The notes under the pieces were generated by a model, which made no database searches, had not been told where the DNA came from, and saw only the letters and a list, made by a program, of their open reading frames with translations. DNA of 64,000 bases from sequence record SRR22947725_4056; one strand, written 5' to 3'. A program made the translations under genes and the position numbers. Below are positions 11,725-20,651 of the stretch, one piece after another. How positions within the stretch are numbered: the first letter of the stretch is position 1; each line of letters starts with the position of its first letter.

Positions 11725-12198
11725 ATGGCGGAACATTTTTTTGAGGTATCGGTTCAGTGGACGGGTAACGCGGGAACCGGGACAAGCGGATACAAGGATT
11801 ACCGCAGAGACAACGAGCTCAGCGCGGGAGGCAAGCAGATCATCGCGGGCTCTGCGGACAAGGCTTTCCATGGCGACCGCAGCCGCTGGAACCCGGAGGA
11901 GCTTCTTATTGCTGCCCTTTCGCAGTGTCACATGTTGAGTTTTTTGCACGTGGCATCCGCTGCGGGAGTGGTCGTTCAGTCCTATCACGATGACGCCTCT
12001 GGCACCCTTGCCCTGAACGCAGAGGGGGGTGGGAACATGACCGAGGTCACCCTTCGCCCACAGGTGACAATCTCGGCGGGGGACGAAGCTCTGGTTCCCG
12101 GTCTTCACGCCAGAGCCAGTGAATTGTGCTTCATCGCAAACTCTGTGAATTTTCCACTGCACCATGAGCCGGTAACCAAGCGAACCCCTTCACATTGA
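11725..12198 (+). CDS. OsmC/Ohr family protein
   Basis: WNPEELLIAALSQCHMLSFL and CFIANSV (two conserved Cys); SD GGAGGAG. Confidence 0.92.
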   Translation: MAEHFFEVSVQWTGNAGTGTSGYKDYRRDNELSAGGKQIIAGSADKAFHGDRSRWNPEELLIAALSQCHMLSFLHVASAAGVVVQSYHDDASGTLALNAEGGGNMTEVTLRPQVTISAGDEALVPGLHARASELCFIANSVNFPLHHEPVTKRTPSH

Positions 12199-12266
12199 AC
12201 GCTGGGTCAAGACCTGGCAAGCTAGTGCGGTTGCCTGATCGGCACCGACGCCCCAGAGAGGTCCTT

Positions 12267-13259
12267 GTGAAACCGGTTAATTCGATTGCCGCTGTTGCCA
12301 TTCTTGTGGGAGCCCTCGCGGGTTGTGCCGCTGATCCTGTGGAGGTTGCTGAGACCATCTCTTCCTCGCCCACTGGTTCGTGCACCCCCACTGGCGAGCA
12401 AATTGAGTCCGTCAGTTTTGCGGGTGTGTTTGGTTCCGCCCCGGAGGTGACCTTCGACGCTCCACTCGAAATTTTGTCCACCCAGCGTCTCGTGATTAGC
12501 AAGGGCGAAGGGCGGCCCGTGGTGAACGGGGACGATCTCGTTATCGACTATTCCCTCTATAACGCGGCCAGCGGAGCACTTATTGAGGAATCCGGGTATG
12601 ACGAACTCAGCCCAACTGTGTTGAGATTGGACACCGAGGCCCCTAACTTTGTGGGGGTTTCTCTCACTGCTGCTTGTTCAACCGTGGGCTCCAGGGTTGC
12701 CGGACTGATTCCTCCCCTCGAAGCTTTTGGTCTTGATGGAGCGCCAGAGTTTGGTTTGGCAGCCGGAGAATCCCTCCTTTTCGTCATGGATATCATCGAG
12801 GTAAAGGCTCCTGCCGAGCCTGCCTTGGACCAGCTTTTGGGCGTGGCAGAGGAAACCCCGGAAGGTTTCCCCACCGTTGAATATGCCGAAACAGGCGAAC
12901 CCAGCGTCACCATCCCCGAGGGCGATGTCCCTCTCGAGTTTGCTCTTGCCACCGTACTTACTGGCGACGGAGCTGTTGTGGGCGGGGGAGATGTCGTGGT
13001 GGTTCATTACCACGGGGTGAACTGGAACACAGGAGAAGTGTTCGATTCCAGCTGGTCCAGGGGCGAGCCGTCAAGTTTCCCCACCGAAGGGGTCATTCCT
13101 GGTTTCCGGGACGGACTCGTTGACCAAACCGTCGGGTCGAGGGTCATCATCGTCATTCCACCGGAGCTCGGCTACGGACCCTCCGGCGGAACCGGCGACG
13201 GCTCTATCGGTGCAGAAGACACGATTGTCTTTGTCGTCGACATCTTGGGTGTTCAGTAG
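12267..13259 (+). CDS. FKBP-type peptidyl-prolyl isomerase lipoprotein (two FKBP-like domains)
   Basis: Lipobox LAGC after GTG 12267; VHYHG...VFDSSW...VIPGF...IPPELGYG...FVVDIL. Confidence 0.92.
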   Translation: MKPVNSIAAVAILVGALAGCAADPVEVAETISSSPTGSCTPTGEQIESVSFAGVFGSAPEVTFDAPLEILSTQRLVISKGEGRPVVNGDDLVIDYSLYNAASGALIEESGYDELSPTVLRLDTEAPNFVGVSLTAACSTVGSRVAGLIPPLEAFGLDGAPEFGLAAGESLLFVMDIIEVKAPAEPALDQLLGVAEETPEGFPTVEYAETGEPSVTIPEGDVPLEFALATVLTGDGAVVGGGDVVVVHYHGVNWNTGEVFDSSWSRGEPSSFPTEGVIPGFRDGLVDQTVGSRVIIVIPPELGYGPSGGTGDGSIGAEDTIVFVVDILGVQ

Positions 13260-13262
13260 CCT

Positions 13263-14207
13263 TTAGGCGACATTTTTACTCAGCCGCTCGATGCGCTCCA
13301 TGGCGCGCTTGCGGCTGGTGGATTCGCCTCCCAGCACCACTGCGACCAGCCAAAGCAACACACGGGTCACCGTGATTGCAGGCCACCAGGGCCGGCGAAG
13401 GCCCAGCGTTGCTAGGGTTCGCGGGTCGAAGGTGGAGAGGGCCCCAGCGACGAGTATTTGGTAGGGGAGCCTCGTACTCAATGGCAGGGGAGGCTTCGTA
13501 AGGAACCGAAGTGCCTCTGTGACTCGTTCGTCGTGACGCAGTACCGGCTGAAAATCTTCGAGTGCTTGCTCGAGCTCTTTTACAGATTTTGGGGGGTGCG
13601 CCATGCCCATCAGAATCCCTGCTTGGGCCCATTCCCTCACATACCTATCTTCGCCTGACTCGCCATCGCTCCCCCCAGGGATTTCGTCTCCCCAGGTTCG
13701 ATGCGCGCGTAAAAAGGCATCGGTAAAAATAACGTGCACCCAACCCACAAGGTCATCGTCATGGGCGGAATATGCTTTTGCCTTTTTTGCAACCGCTCCG
13801 GGTTGGTAATCCCCTTTCACGCGATCGTGGAGCTTGAAAACCCGTGAGCTTTCGGCCTTTACCGTCGCTGTGGCTCCAAATGTGGTGGTCACCACCCAGC
13901 GCACGGTGCCCGAGAGTCTGCCCAGTGGGTCACTGGCGTAGCGCGAGTGATCATGAACTCCAGCCATCGCGCCCGGGTGAAGAGTTTGCATGAGAAGTGC
14001 CCCCACCCCCGCAGCGATGACGGGAATCCCGCCGTTGACGTGCCACACTGCTGAACCTGGCCCGAAGAACCCGGCGTCCTCGCCGGTGCTCATCTGTTTT
14101 ACCCAGTCTGGCTCCCCGTTGGGATCCCCCGAAAGCATAGTGAGCATGGTCGAGCGGTAACGTTGTCTGATACCGCGCAGAGACCCAAAATCAGACATAT
14201 GCACCAC
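13263..14207 (-). CDS. DUF2236 / oxygenase MpaB family protein
   Basis: GFFGPGSAVW, ALLMQTLHP, AGVHDHS, DPLGRL, WVH; alternative start at ATG 14198. Confidence 0.88.
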   Translation of the reverse strand: MVHMSDFGSLRGIRQRYRSTMLTMLSGDPNGEPDWVKQMSTGEDAGFFGPGSAVWHVNGGIPVIAAGVGALLMQTLHPGAMAGVHDHSRYASDPLGRLSGTVRWVVTTTFGATATVKAESSRVFKLHDRVKGDYQPGAVAKKAKAYSAHDDDLVGWVHVIFTDAFLRAHRTWGDEIPGGSDGESGEDRYVREWAQAGILMGMAHPPKSVKELEQALEDFQPVLRHDERVTEALRFLTKPPLPLSTRLPYQILVAGALSTFDPRTLATLGLRRPWWPAITVTRVLLWLVAVVLGGESTSRKRAMERIERLSKNVA

Positions 14208-14237
14208 CGTGGCAGAGCCGTGCTGAAAGACCGGCTA

Positions 14238-14258
14238 ATACCCTAGGGGGTATAAGAT
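14238..14258 (+). promoter_or_regulatory. CsoR/CstR-type operator abutting a leaderless -10 box
   Basis: ATACCC-TAGG-GGGTAT inverted repeat (14238-14253) with G/C tracts; TAAGAT at 14253-14258 lies 6 nt before ATG 14265. Confidence 0.75.
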
Positions 14259-14264
14259 AGAATT

Positions 14265-15926
14265 ATGCCACCTCGCGCCACAGAGCCACAGACCATTGTC
14301 ATTATCGGCGGCGTCGCGGGCGGAATGTCCGCCGCGACCCGTCTGCGTCGGATCAACGAAACAGCCACGATTATTGTGCTGGAACGAGGGGGCGAAGTCT
14401 CGTTTGCCAACTGCGGATTGCCCTACCACGTTGGCGGAGTGATTCCTGATCGGGGGTCATTGGTTCTCCAGAAACCCGACCAACTCAAGCGACGATTCAA
14501 CATTGACGTTCATGTGCGCACCGAGGCAACCGCAATCAACCGTGCCGACAAGACCGTGAGCGCCCTGGATCTCATCACCGGCGAACACCGCGATTTCCCC
14601 TACGATGCCCTCGTTTTGAGCCCGGGTTCGACCCCGTTTAGGCCTCCTATTCCGGGGGTGATGGAGGCCTACGTGCTCTGGAACTTGGACGATATGGATG
14701 CGCTGATTGCCTCGGCGGAAAAAGCCCGCAGCGCCATTGTGGTGGGCGGGGGTTTCATTGGACTCGAGCTCGCGGAAAACCTGGTGCATCGGGGTCTTCA
14801 GACCACCCTTCTTGAAGCATTGCCCCAGCTCATGCCCACGCTCGACGTGGAAATGGCGTGGCCTCTGGTGGAGCGCGCTCGCTTCACAGGCTTGGACGTC
14901 AGGCTCAGCGCTGTTGTGACAGAGATTCGTTCCACGGGCGTCACGCTGGGGGATGGGACCACCCTGGGGGCAGACTGTGTTGTCGTCGCGGTGGGAGCCC
15001 GGCCCAACACAGAACTTGCGGTGGCGGCGGGACTAAAAATGGGGGAAGCCGGAGGAGTCTGGGTTGATGAGCAGCAGCGCACGTCAGATCCTCACATCTG
15101 GGCGGTGGGGGACGTGGCAGAAAAAGCCCGTCCCGATGGCCACAGCCTGGTGCCCCTAGCAGGGCTAGCAAACCGCCATGGACGACTTGCGGCAGATTCC
15201 ATCATGGGTCGACACGCTGCTGCCGCAACGGCCTATGGGACATCGATCGTGGGGTTTTTTGGTGTTGCCGCCGCTTCGACGGGCTACACCGAGCGAGTGC
15301 TGCGCGCTCAGGGTCGCAACATCAGGGTGATCCATACCCATCCGGTCAGCCACGCCGGCTACTATCCCGATGCCAGCCAGCTCGCGATGAAGCTCATCGT
15401 TGACCCGGGGAGCGATCTCATTCTTGGTGCTCAGGTAGTGGGGGAAGAGGGGGTGGATAAGCGAATCGACGTCATTGCCACCGCGATGTCGGCGGGGCTC
15501 AGAGCAACCGACTTGATGGATTTAGAGCTTTCCTATGCCCCGCAGTTTGCCTCGGCAAAAGACCCGGTCAACATGCTGGGCTATGTGAACGAAAACCGTG
15601 CGCTGGGGGAACACTCCTTCCAGTGGCACGAAGTGCAGGACACTATCGATGACGGCTGGGTGTTGTTGGATGTCCGCACCGCAGCAGAATATTCCCGGGG
15701 AGCGATTCCCGGGTCCGAATTGGTCCCGCTGGACGAACTGCGCGAGCACGTTGAGCGTTTTCGTGGGCAGCGTGTCATCGTGACCTGCCGTGTTGGCCAG
15801 CGTGGACACACGGCAGCAAGCATTCTTTCCCAGGAAGACATTGAGGTGGCCAACCTTGATGGTGGCTACCTGACCTGGAATATGGGAATGGCCGCAACCG
15901 CATCCCCCACCCCTGTCACCACCTAA
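14265..15926 (+). CDS. CoA-disulfide/persulfide reductase with C-terminal rhodanese domain (CoADR-RHD/Npsr-like)
   Basis: GGVAGG FAD site, SFANCGLPY redox Cys, GGGFIGLE NAD(P)H site, YAPQF, rhodanese LDVR...CRVGQRG...LDGGY. Confidence 0.93.
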   Translation: MPPRATEPQTIVIIGGVAGGMSAATRLRRINETATIIVLERGGEVSFANCGLPYHVGGVIPDRGSLVLQKPDQLKRRFNIDVHVRTEATAINRADKTVSALDLITGEHRDFPYDALVLSPGSTPFRPPIPGVMEAYVLWNLDDMDALIASAEKARSAIVVGGGFIGLELAENLVHRGLQTTLLEALPQLMPTLDVEMAWPLVERARFTGLDVRLSAVVTEIRSTGVTLGDGTTLGADCVVVAVGARPNTELAVAAGLKMGEAGGVWVDEQQRTSDPHIWAVGDVAEKARPDGHSLVPLAGLANRHGRLAADSIMGRHAAAATAYGTSIVGFFGVAAASTGYTERVLRAQGRNIRVIHTHPVSHAGYYPDASQLAMKLIVDPGSDLILGAQVVGEEGVDKRIDVIATAMSAGLRATDLMDLELSYAPQFASAKDPVNMLGYVNENRALGEHSFQWHEVQDTIDDGWVLLDVRTAAEYSRGAIPGSELVPLDELREHVERFRGQRVIVTCRVGQRGHTAASILSQEDIEVANLDGGYLTWNMGMAATASPTPVTT

Positions 15927-15943
15927 CCCTGAAGGGCATCACC

Positions 15944-16219
15944 ATGTCAGAAGACACCACCCAGGAATCCAAACTGATTCTCAACCGACTGCGCCGCGCT
16001 CAAGGCCAACTAGGCGCTGTCATCTCGATGGTTGAGCAGGGCAAAGATTGTCGCTCCGTTGTGACCCAGCTCAGCGCAGTCTGTGGTGCGCTTGATAAGG
16101 CAGGGTTTTCCATCATTGCGACTGCCATGAAGGAATGTGTGAGCGATGATGGCTCGGCCACGAACGAGGGAGACCTCAGCGTGGAAGACTTGGAGAAGCT
16201 CTTTCTTAGCCTGTCCTAA
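15944..16219 (+). CDS. CsoR/RcnR/CstR family transcriptional repressor
   Basis: NRLRRAQGQ, C36 (KDCRSVVTQLSAV) and C65; Ala at the His61-equivalent position. Confidence 0.93.
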   Translation: MSEDTTQESKLILNRLRRAQGQLGAVISMVEQGKDCRSVVTQLSAVCGALDKAGFSIIATAMKECVSDDGSATNEGDLSVEDLEKLFLSLS

Positions 16220-16250
16220 TTTCGCAGGCCTCGGCTTGTAGGCTTGAACT

Positions 16251-16988
16251 ATGACGACTCAAGTAGCAGTGGTGGGCGCCACCGGCCGCTTGGGGGCGCA
16301 GGTGTGTCGCGTGGTTGAATCCATGGAGGACTGGGCTGTTATTGCCCGGCTGGACTCCCAGAGTGACCTGCAAGAAGTGTTGGGGGCGGACGTCGTGGTG
16401 GATGTGACTCAACCAGGTGTCTCCGCCACAGTGGTTGACTTTGCTATCGAGCAGGGCTTGCCCATTTTGGTGGGAACCAGTGGCTGGTCTGCCGAGCGCC
16501 TCAAAAGTCTTGAGAAAAAAGTTACGGATCACCCTGGCGCGAGCGTGTTTGTGGTTCCCAATTTCTCCCTTGGCGCGACGGTTCAAAACCTTCTTGCCGC
16601 TACCGCGGCAGAATTTTTCGAGTCGGTGGAAATTGTGGAAACCCACCACGCAGGAAAAGTTGATTCCCCTTCCGGGACCGCCGTTCGGGCAGCGGAAACG
16701 ATGGCCCGCGTTCGCCGGGACCGCGGTGGCGTACTCGCCCCGCATAGCGAACAAAGTGCTCGCGGGGAACAGGTCCAAGGAATTCCGGTTCACTCCCTGC
16801 GACTTCACGGGGTCGTTGCCTCTCAAGACATTGTGTTTGGCGGTGTGGGCGAGACGCTGACGGTGGCCCACCACACTTCTTCGCAGGACGCCTATGCACA
16901 AGGGATTGCTGTGTCTTTGCGATACCTCCTGACCCACCCGGGCCTCACCGTGGGTCTCGAACGTGCTCTTGGCGTGAGCGTGCCGTGA
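16251..16988 (+). CDS. dapB: 4-hydroxy-tetrahydrodipicolinate reductase
   Basis: GATGRLG, ETHHAGKVDSPSGTA, HSLRL. Confidence 0.97.
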   Translation: MTTQVAVVGATGRLGAQVCRVVESMEDWAVIARLDSQSDLQEVLGADVVVDVTQPGVSATVVDFAIEQGLPILVGTSGWSAERLKSLEKKVTDHPGASVFVVPNFSLGATVQNLLAATAAEFFESVEIVETHHAGKVDSPSGTAVRAAETMARVRRDRGGVLAPHSEQSARGEQVQGIPVHSLRLHGVVASQDIVFGGVGETLTVAHHTSSQDAYAQGIAVSLRYLLTHPGLTVGLERALGVSVP

Positions 16989-17428
16989 ATCGACCCCTGC
17001 TAGCGGCGGGATTCATGTCGCTGTTGCTGGTTATTTATCTTGCTTTCGCCCTCAACTACGCCTGGATTTTAATAAATGACTCCTCAGCTTTAGCGCAAGC
17101 AATGGGTTATGCCCTTGGGCTTCTGCCGCTGCTGGGTGTCTGGGCACTGTTTTCCGAGCTTCGGTTTGGCCAGGCCTCCTCTCGTGTGGCGCGGACGCTC
17201 GAGACCAGAGGAAAAATGCCCACCGAGTTTTCTCTCACTCCGAGCGGTCGAGCCGATCGAACCACTGCAGAAGAGCTGTTCCCCGCGTTTGCGCGAGCCG
17301 TGGAGGAAGAGCCTGAGTCGTGGGAGATGTGGATGCGTTTGGGTATCGCCTATGACGCGTGCGGTGACCGGCGCCGAGCTCGTTGGGCTATCCGGCGCGC
17401 TATCGCCATCGAAAAGTCGGGAGCCTAG
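16985..17428 (+). CDS. Membrane protein with C-terminal TPR-like repeat (commonly next to dapB in actinobacteria)
   Basis: Two TM segments, ELRFG, PSGR, WMRLGIAYDACGDRRRAR; GTGA overlap with dapB. Confidence 0.8.
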   Translation: MNRPLLAAGFMSLLLVIYLAFALNYAWILINDSSALAQAMGYALGLLPLLGVWALFSELRFGQASSRVARTLETRGKMPTEFSLTPSGRADRTTAEELFPAFARAVEEEPESWEMWMRLGIAYDACGDRRRARWAIRRAIAIEKSGA

Positions 17429-18333
17429 GATTCCACCAGGCGCTCGATTGCTTCTTCGATGGTCCCGTCATCGAAGCTAAAGCCAAGATTCTGAAGCTCG
17501 GTGGAATGAATTTTTTGGGAGGTCAGCAGGAGCGATTCGCCGCCTTCTCCCATTAACCAGGAAATGAACACCCGGGGTAGTCCCAGCCAGTGCGGACGGC
17601 GCATCGCTCTAGCGAGCGTCCTGGTGAGGGTGTTCGCACGAGCGGGTGTGGGTCCTACGAGGTTATATATCCCGGAGGCCGATGCATGGCTAACCAGGAA
17701 GGCCAGGGCTCGTATTTCATCATGCAGGCTGATCCAGGGCCACCATTGTGTTCCCGGCCCAATCGGACCGGCAACACCGAGCGATGTTTGTAGCGTCAAG
17801 GGCGCCATGGCGCCGCCTTTCCCTACAACCAGTCCGGTTCTACCGAGGATGACTCTCGTCTTGGGTGTTGAAGCTAGAGAGGTTTCGTCCTCCCAAGCGA
17901 TGACGACATCCGCGAGAAAACCTGTTCCAGCGGTGCTCCTCTCGTCCAGTTCTTCTGTGCCTCTCTCGCCGTAAAACGCCACAGCGCTGCCCTGAACGAA
18001 AGCTCGCGGCGGTGTCCGCGAGGCAGCGATTGCTCCTGCCAGGGTGCGCGTGGTTTCTCGTCGTGAGGACAGAATCAGGGCTTTGTGTTTCTTGGTCCAG
18101 GGGATTTTTCCAATCGATGCGCCAGCAAGATTGACCACAACATCGACCGTGTTGATTATTCCAGAGTCAATAGTCCCCCTATGTGGGTCCCACTGATGTT
18201 CTGTCGGGGAGCGCGGCTCACGTCTGACCAGAGTGTGAAGGTGGTGACCTTGCTGCGCCAGCAGAGCCTTGAGGGGCTCTCCGATCATTCCGCTTGCGCC
18301 TGCAAGCAAGATGGTGAGGGACTCGTGGGGCAC
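17425..18333 (-). CDS. TIGR01777 family NAD-dependent epimerase/oxidoreductase
   Basis: GASGMIG, VVNLAGASI, GFLADVVIAWE, GTQWWPWISLHDE. Confidence 0.92.
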   Translation of the reverse strand: MPHESLTILLAGASGMIGEPLKALLAQQGHHLHTLVRREPRSPTEHQWDPHRGTIDSGIINTVDVVVNLAGASIGKIPWTKKHKALILSSRRETTRTLAGAIAASRTPPRAFVQGSAVAFYGERGTEELDERSTAGTGFLADVVIAWEDETSLASTPKTRVILGRTGLVVGKGGAMAPLTLQTSLGVAGPIGPGTQWWPWISLHDEIRALAFLVSHASASGIYNLVGPTPARANTLTRTLARAMRRPHWLGLPRVFISWLMGEGGESLLLTSQKIHSTELQNLGFSFDDGTIEEAIERLVES

Positions 18334-18337
18334 GGGA

Positions 18338-18763
18338 TTAGCGCAGGGTGGCTTCGAGGGTTATGGGGATTCCCGAAAGCGCTTGTGAGATGGGGCAACC
18401 GGTCTTTGCTTCTTCCGCAAACACAGCAAAGGCTGCTTCATCAAGCCCCGGAACACTCGCGATCACCAGCAAATGGGATCCCGTCACCCCTTCGCCGGGA
18501 ACAAAAGTCACGGCGGCCGTGACCTCTAGGGATTCCGGAGGGGTTCCTGCTCCTGAGAGAGCGTGAGAAAGGGCCATCGAGTAGCACGCGGAGTGCGCCG
18601 CACCTAAGAGTTCTTCGGGGTTAGTTTTTCCCGACTGGCCTTCGCTCCTGGCTGCCCAGGTGACGTCGAAGGAAGTCGCGCCTGAGGAGATCAAAGCGGT
18701 ACTACCGCTGCCCTCCACAAGGGACCCGTGCCAGGTGGTTCGTGATTCGCTGGTTACCGCCAT
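18338..18763 (-). CDS. osmC: OsmC peroxiredoxin
   Basis: WHGSLVEGSG, TNPEELLGAAHSACYSMALS, AKTGCPISQAL; SD AAGGAG before ATG 18763. Confidence 0.92.
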   Translation of the reverse strand: MAVTSESRTTWHGSLVEGSGSTALISSGATSFDVTWAARSEGQSGKTNPEELLGAAHSACYSMALSHALSGAGTPPESLEVTAAVTFVPGEGVTGSHLLVIASVPGLDEAAFAVFAEEAKTGCPISQALSGIPITLEATLR

Positions 18764-18840
18764 GAGGTGCTCCTTTGTCCAATGCTCTAATCGAACCACG
18801 TTCTGGCTGTCAATGCGAGAGTTTCACACGCCATTCACAT

Positions 18841-19338
18841 TCACGCCGAAGCGCCCTTGACCCACCGGGCACGCACCAGCAGCGCATAAAGCTCACATCC
18901 CAGACACAGCCCAAAGACCGAATTGAGGAAAGCCGCGATGAAAGCAGCGGAAGCAGACACCACCAACCCATAGGGAACTCCCGCGAGGTGAAGGATGACC
19001 CCCGCCAGGCTGACCAGAAACCCTACGAGCTGAGCGAAGGTGGGGGGCTCGGGTGGTTCGAGAAAGCTTGGCGCAGCAAGCCTGGGTTTAACCCAGGTGG
19101 CGAAAAGAATTCCGTAGGGGTGAGCTTTTATTCCTGCAAACGCTCCCCAGGCGAACAGGGCGGTCAGGAGTGCTAGAAGGATGAACGCGGGTTCCCCGGC
19201 GCGATCAACAATGCCGCCCTGAGCCAGGGGTGTTTGAAGCCCTAAGCCAATGGTGACGAGCATCAGAGTCGCGGTAATTCCAGCGCCGAAGCGCGGACCT
19301 CGCGGGTCGATGCCGCCAGAGTTAGATGAGGTAGCCAT
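18841..19338 (-). CDS. DUF4395 family membrane protein
   Basis: IDPRGPRFGA, EPPEPPTFAQLVG, AAFLNSVFGLCLGCELY. Confidence 0.9.
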   Translation of the reverse strand: MATSSNSGGIDPRGPRFGAGITATLMLVTIGLGLQTPLAQGGIVDRAGEPAFILLALLTALFAWGAFAGIKAHPYGILFATWVKPRLAAPSFLEPPEPPTFAQLVGFLVSLAGVILHLAGVPYGLVVSASAAFIAAFLNSVFGLCLGCELYALLVRARWVKGASA

Positions 19339-19777
19339 CAGAGTGAGCCTTTCGGTATTCCAGGGCGTGTGTGACTTCTTCTGTCACGGCAGCCAGGGTT
19401 GATGCCCCACGGATTCGGGAATGCAGGTGACCTGTGGGCGTCACCAGCAAGGTAGTAGGGGTTTGGCTAATCCGGAGTTTCTTGGTGAGTTCCGGGTAGT
19501 CGGTGATATCGATTTCGCGGTGCGAAACTCCGGGTGTGGCCTGCGAGATTTGGCCAAGAATTTTCCTCATTGCTGCGCAGTAGGAGCAATAGGGACCAGA
19601 AAATTGAAGCAGGGTGAGGGTTGCCGTGGTGTCGATCAACTCGAGAGGAACATCAGCGGGGAGGGCCGTGCTCGGATGGCGGGTCACACGCCCCTGATTG
19701 CCTTTCCACCACAGCCCCGCGAGAGTCGCCAGAAACACCAAAGTGAGCAGGGTCAAAAAAATGGCAGAAAGGTCCAT
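19322..19777 (-). CDS. Membrane-anchored thioredoxin-like protein (ThiX-like)
   Basis: N-terminal TM helix, LLQFSGPYCSYC (CxxC), TPT cis-Pro loop. Confidence 0.88.
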   Translation of the reverse strand: MDLSAIFLTLLTLVFLATLAGLWWKGNQGRVTRHPSTALPADVPLELIDTTATLTLLQFSGPYCSYCAAMRKILGQISQATPGVSHREIDITDYPELTKKLRISQTPTTLLVTPTGHLHSRIRGASTLAAVTEEVTHALEYRKAHSDGYLI

Positions 19778-19881
19778 GGCGTTTTCACACTAGGGCCTTT
19801 GCCCTGGACCACGCCAGGAAATGACGAAGCGTTACGTGGGGCCAGCGATAAGCTTTCTTTGCTGAGCGAGGGGATTACAGG

Positions 19882-20613
19882 GTGGGTACCGAAGAGATTG
19901 AGTTTCGTTCCGACGTCACCGTCGAATTGGTTCGTCACAGCGCGAGCGATGCTGACGTGCTCTTTGCCGCTCGAGTCAGCACGCAGGGCGAGCAAACCCT
20001 CACTGCTGCGTCATCCGGGCAAGCAGCTGGCGAGCGCGATCGGGGACTGATTAACTATCTGATGCGCGATCGGCACGGGTCGCCGTTTGAGCACAATTCC
20101 CTGACCTACTACGTCCAGGCGCCCATTTTCGTGTTCCGCGAATTCATGCGCCACCGCATCGCCTCCTATAACGAAGAAAGCGGACGTTACCGTGAACTGC
20201 GCCCCGTCTTCTATGTTCCCGGCCCCGAGCGCAAGTTGATTCAGGTCGGCAAACCTGGCGCCTACGACTTTGAAGACGGAACGCCTGAGCAGACGGCACT
20301 CGTTCAGTCGGAAATCAAAGAGGTTTGTCGGAGTGCGTATGAGAGCTATCAGCGGATGCTTCAGGCAGGGGTGGCGCGAGAGGTAGCCCGTGCGGTGCTG
20401 CCCGTCACGCTGTACTCCAGCATGTACGTCACGATGAATTCACGCAGTCTGATGAACTTCTTGAGCTTACGCACTAAGCGAGAGGGAACCCACTTTCCCT
20501 CGTTCCCCCAGCGTGAAATTGAGATGGTTGCGGACAAAATGGAGGAACTGTGGGCACCGTTGATGCCGTTGACCTCGGACACGTTCAGCGCCAACGGTCG
20601 GGTTGCGCCCTAA
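19882..20613 (+). CDS. thyX: Flavin-dependent thymidylate synthase
   Basis: HGSPFEH and RHRIASYNEESGRY (RHRx7S motif). Confidence 0.98.
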   Translation: MGTEEIEFRSDVTVELVRHSASDADVLFAARVSTQGEQTLTAASSGQAAGERDRGLINYLMRDRHGSPFEHNSLTYYVQAPIFVFREFMRHRIASYNEESGRYRELRPVFYVPGPERKLIQVGKPGAYDFEDGTPEQTALVQSEIKEVCRSAYESYQRMLQAGVAREVARAVLPVTLYSSMYVTMNSRSLMNFLSLRTKREGTHFPSFPQREIEMVADKMEELWAPLMPLTSDTFSANGRVAP

Positions 20614-20651
20614 AGGGTGCACCACAGAGCCAGTAACGCTAGCCTTGAACA

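Noticed and set aside
11662..12165. 168-aa N-terminal extension of gabT, an apparent fusion
   Set aside because: Overlaps the real OsmC gene on the other strand; aminotransferase similarity and a -10 box point to 11661.
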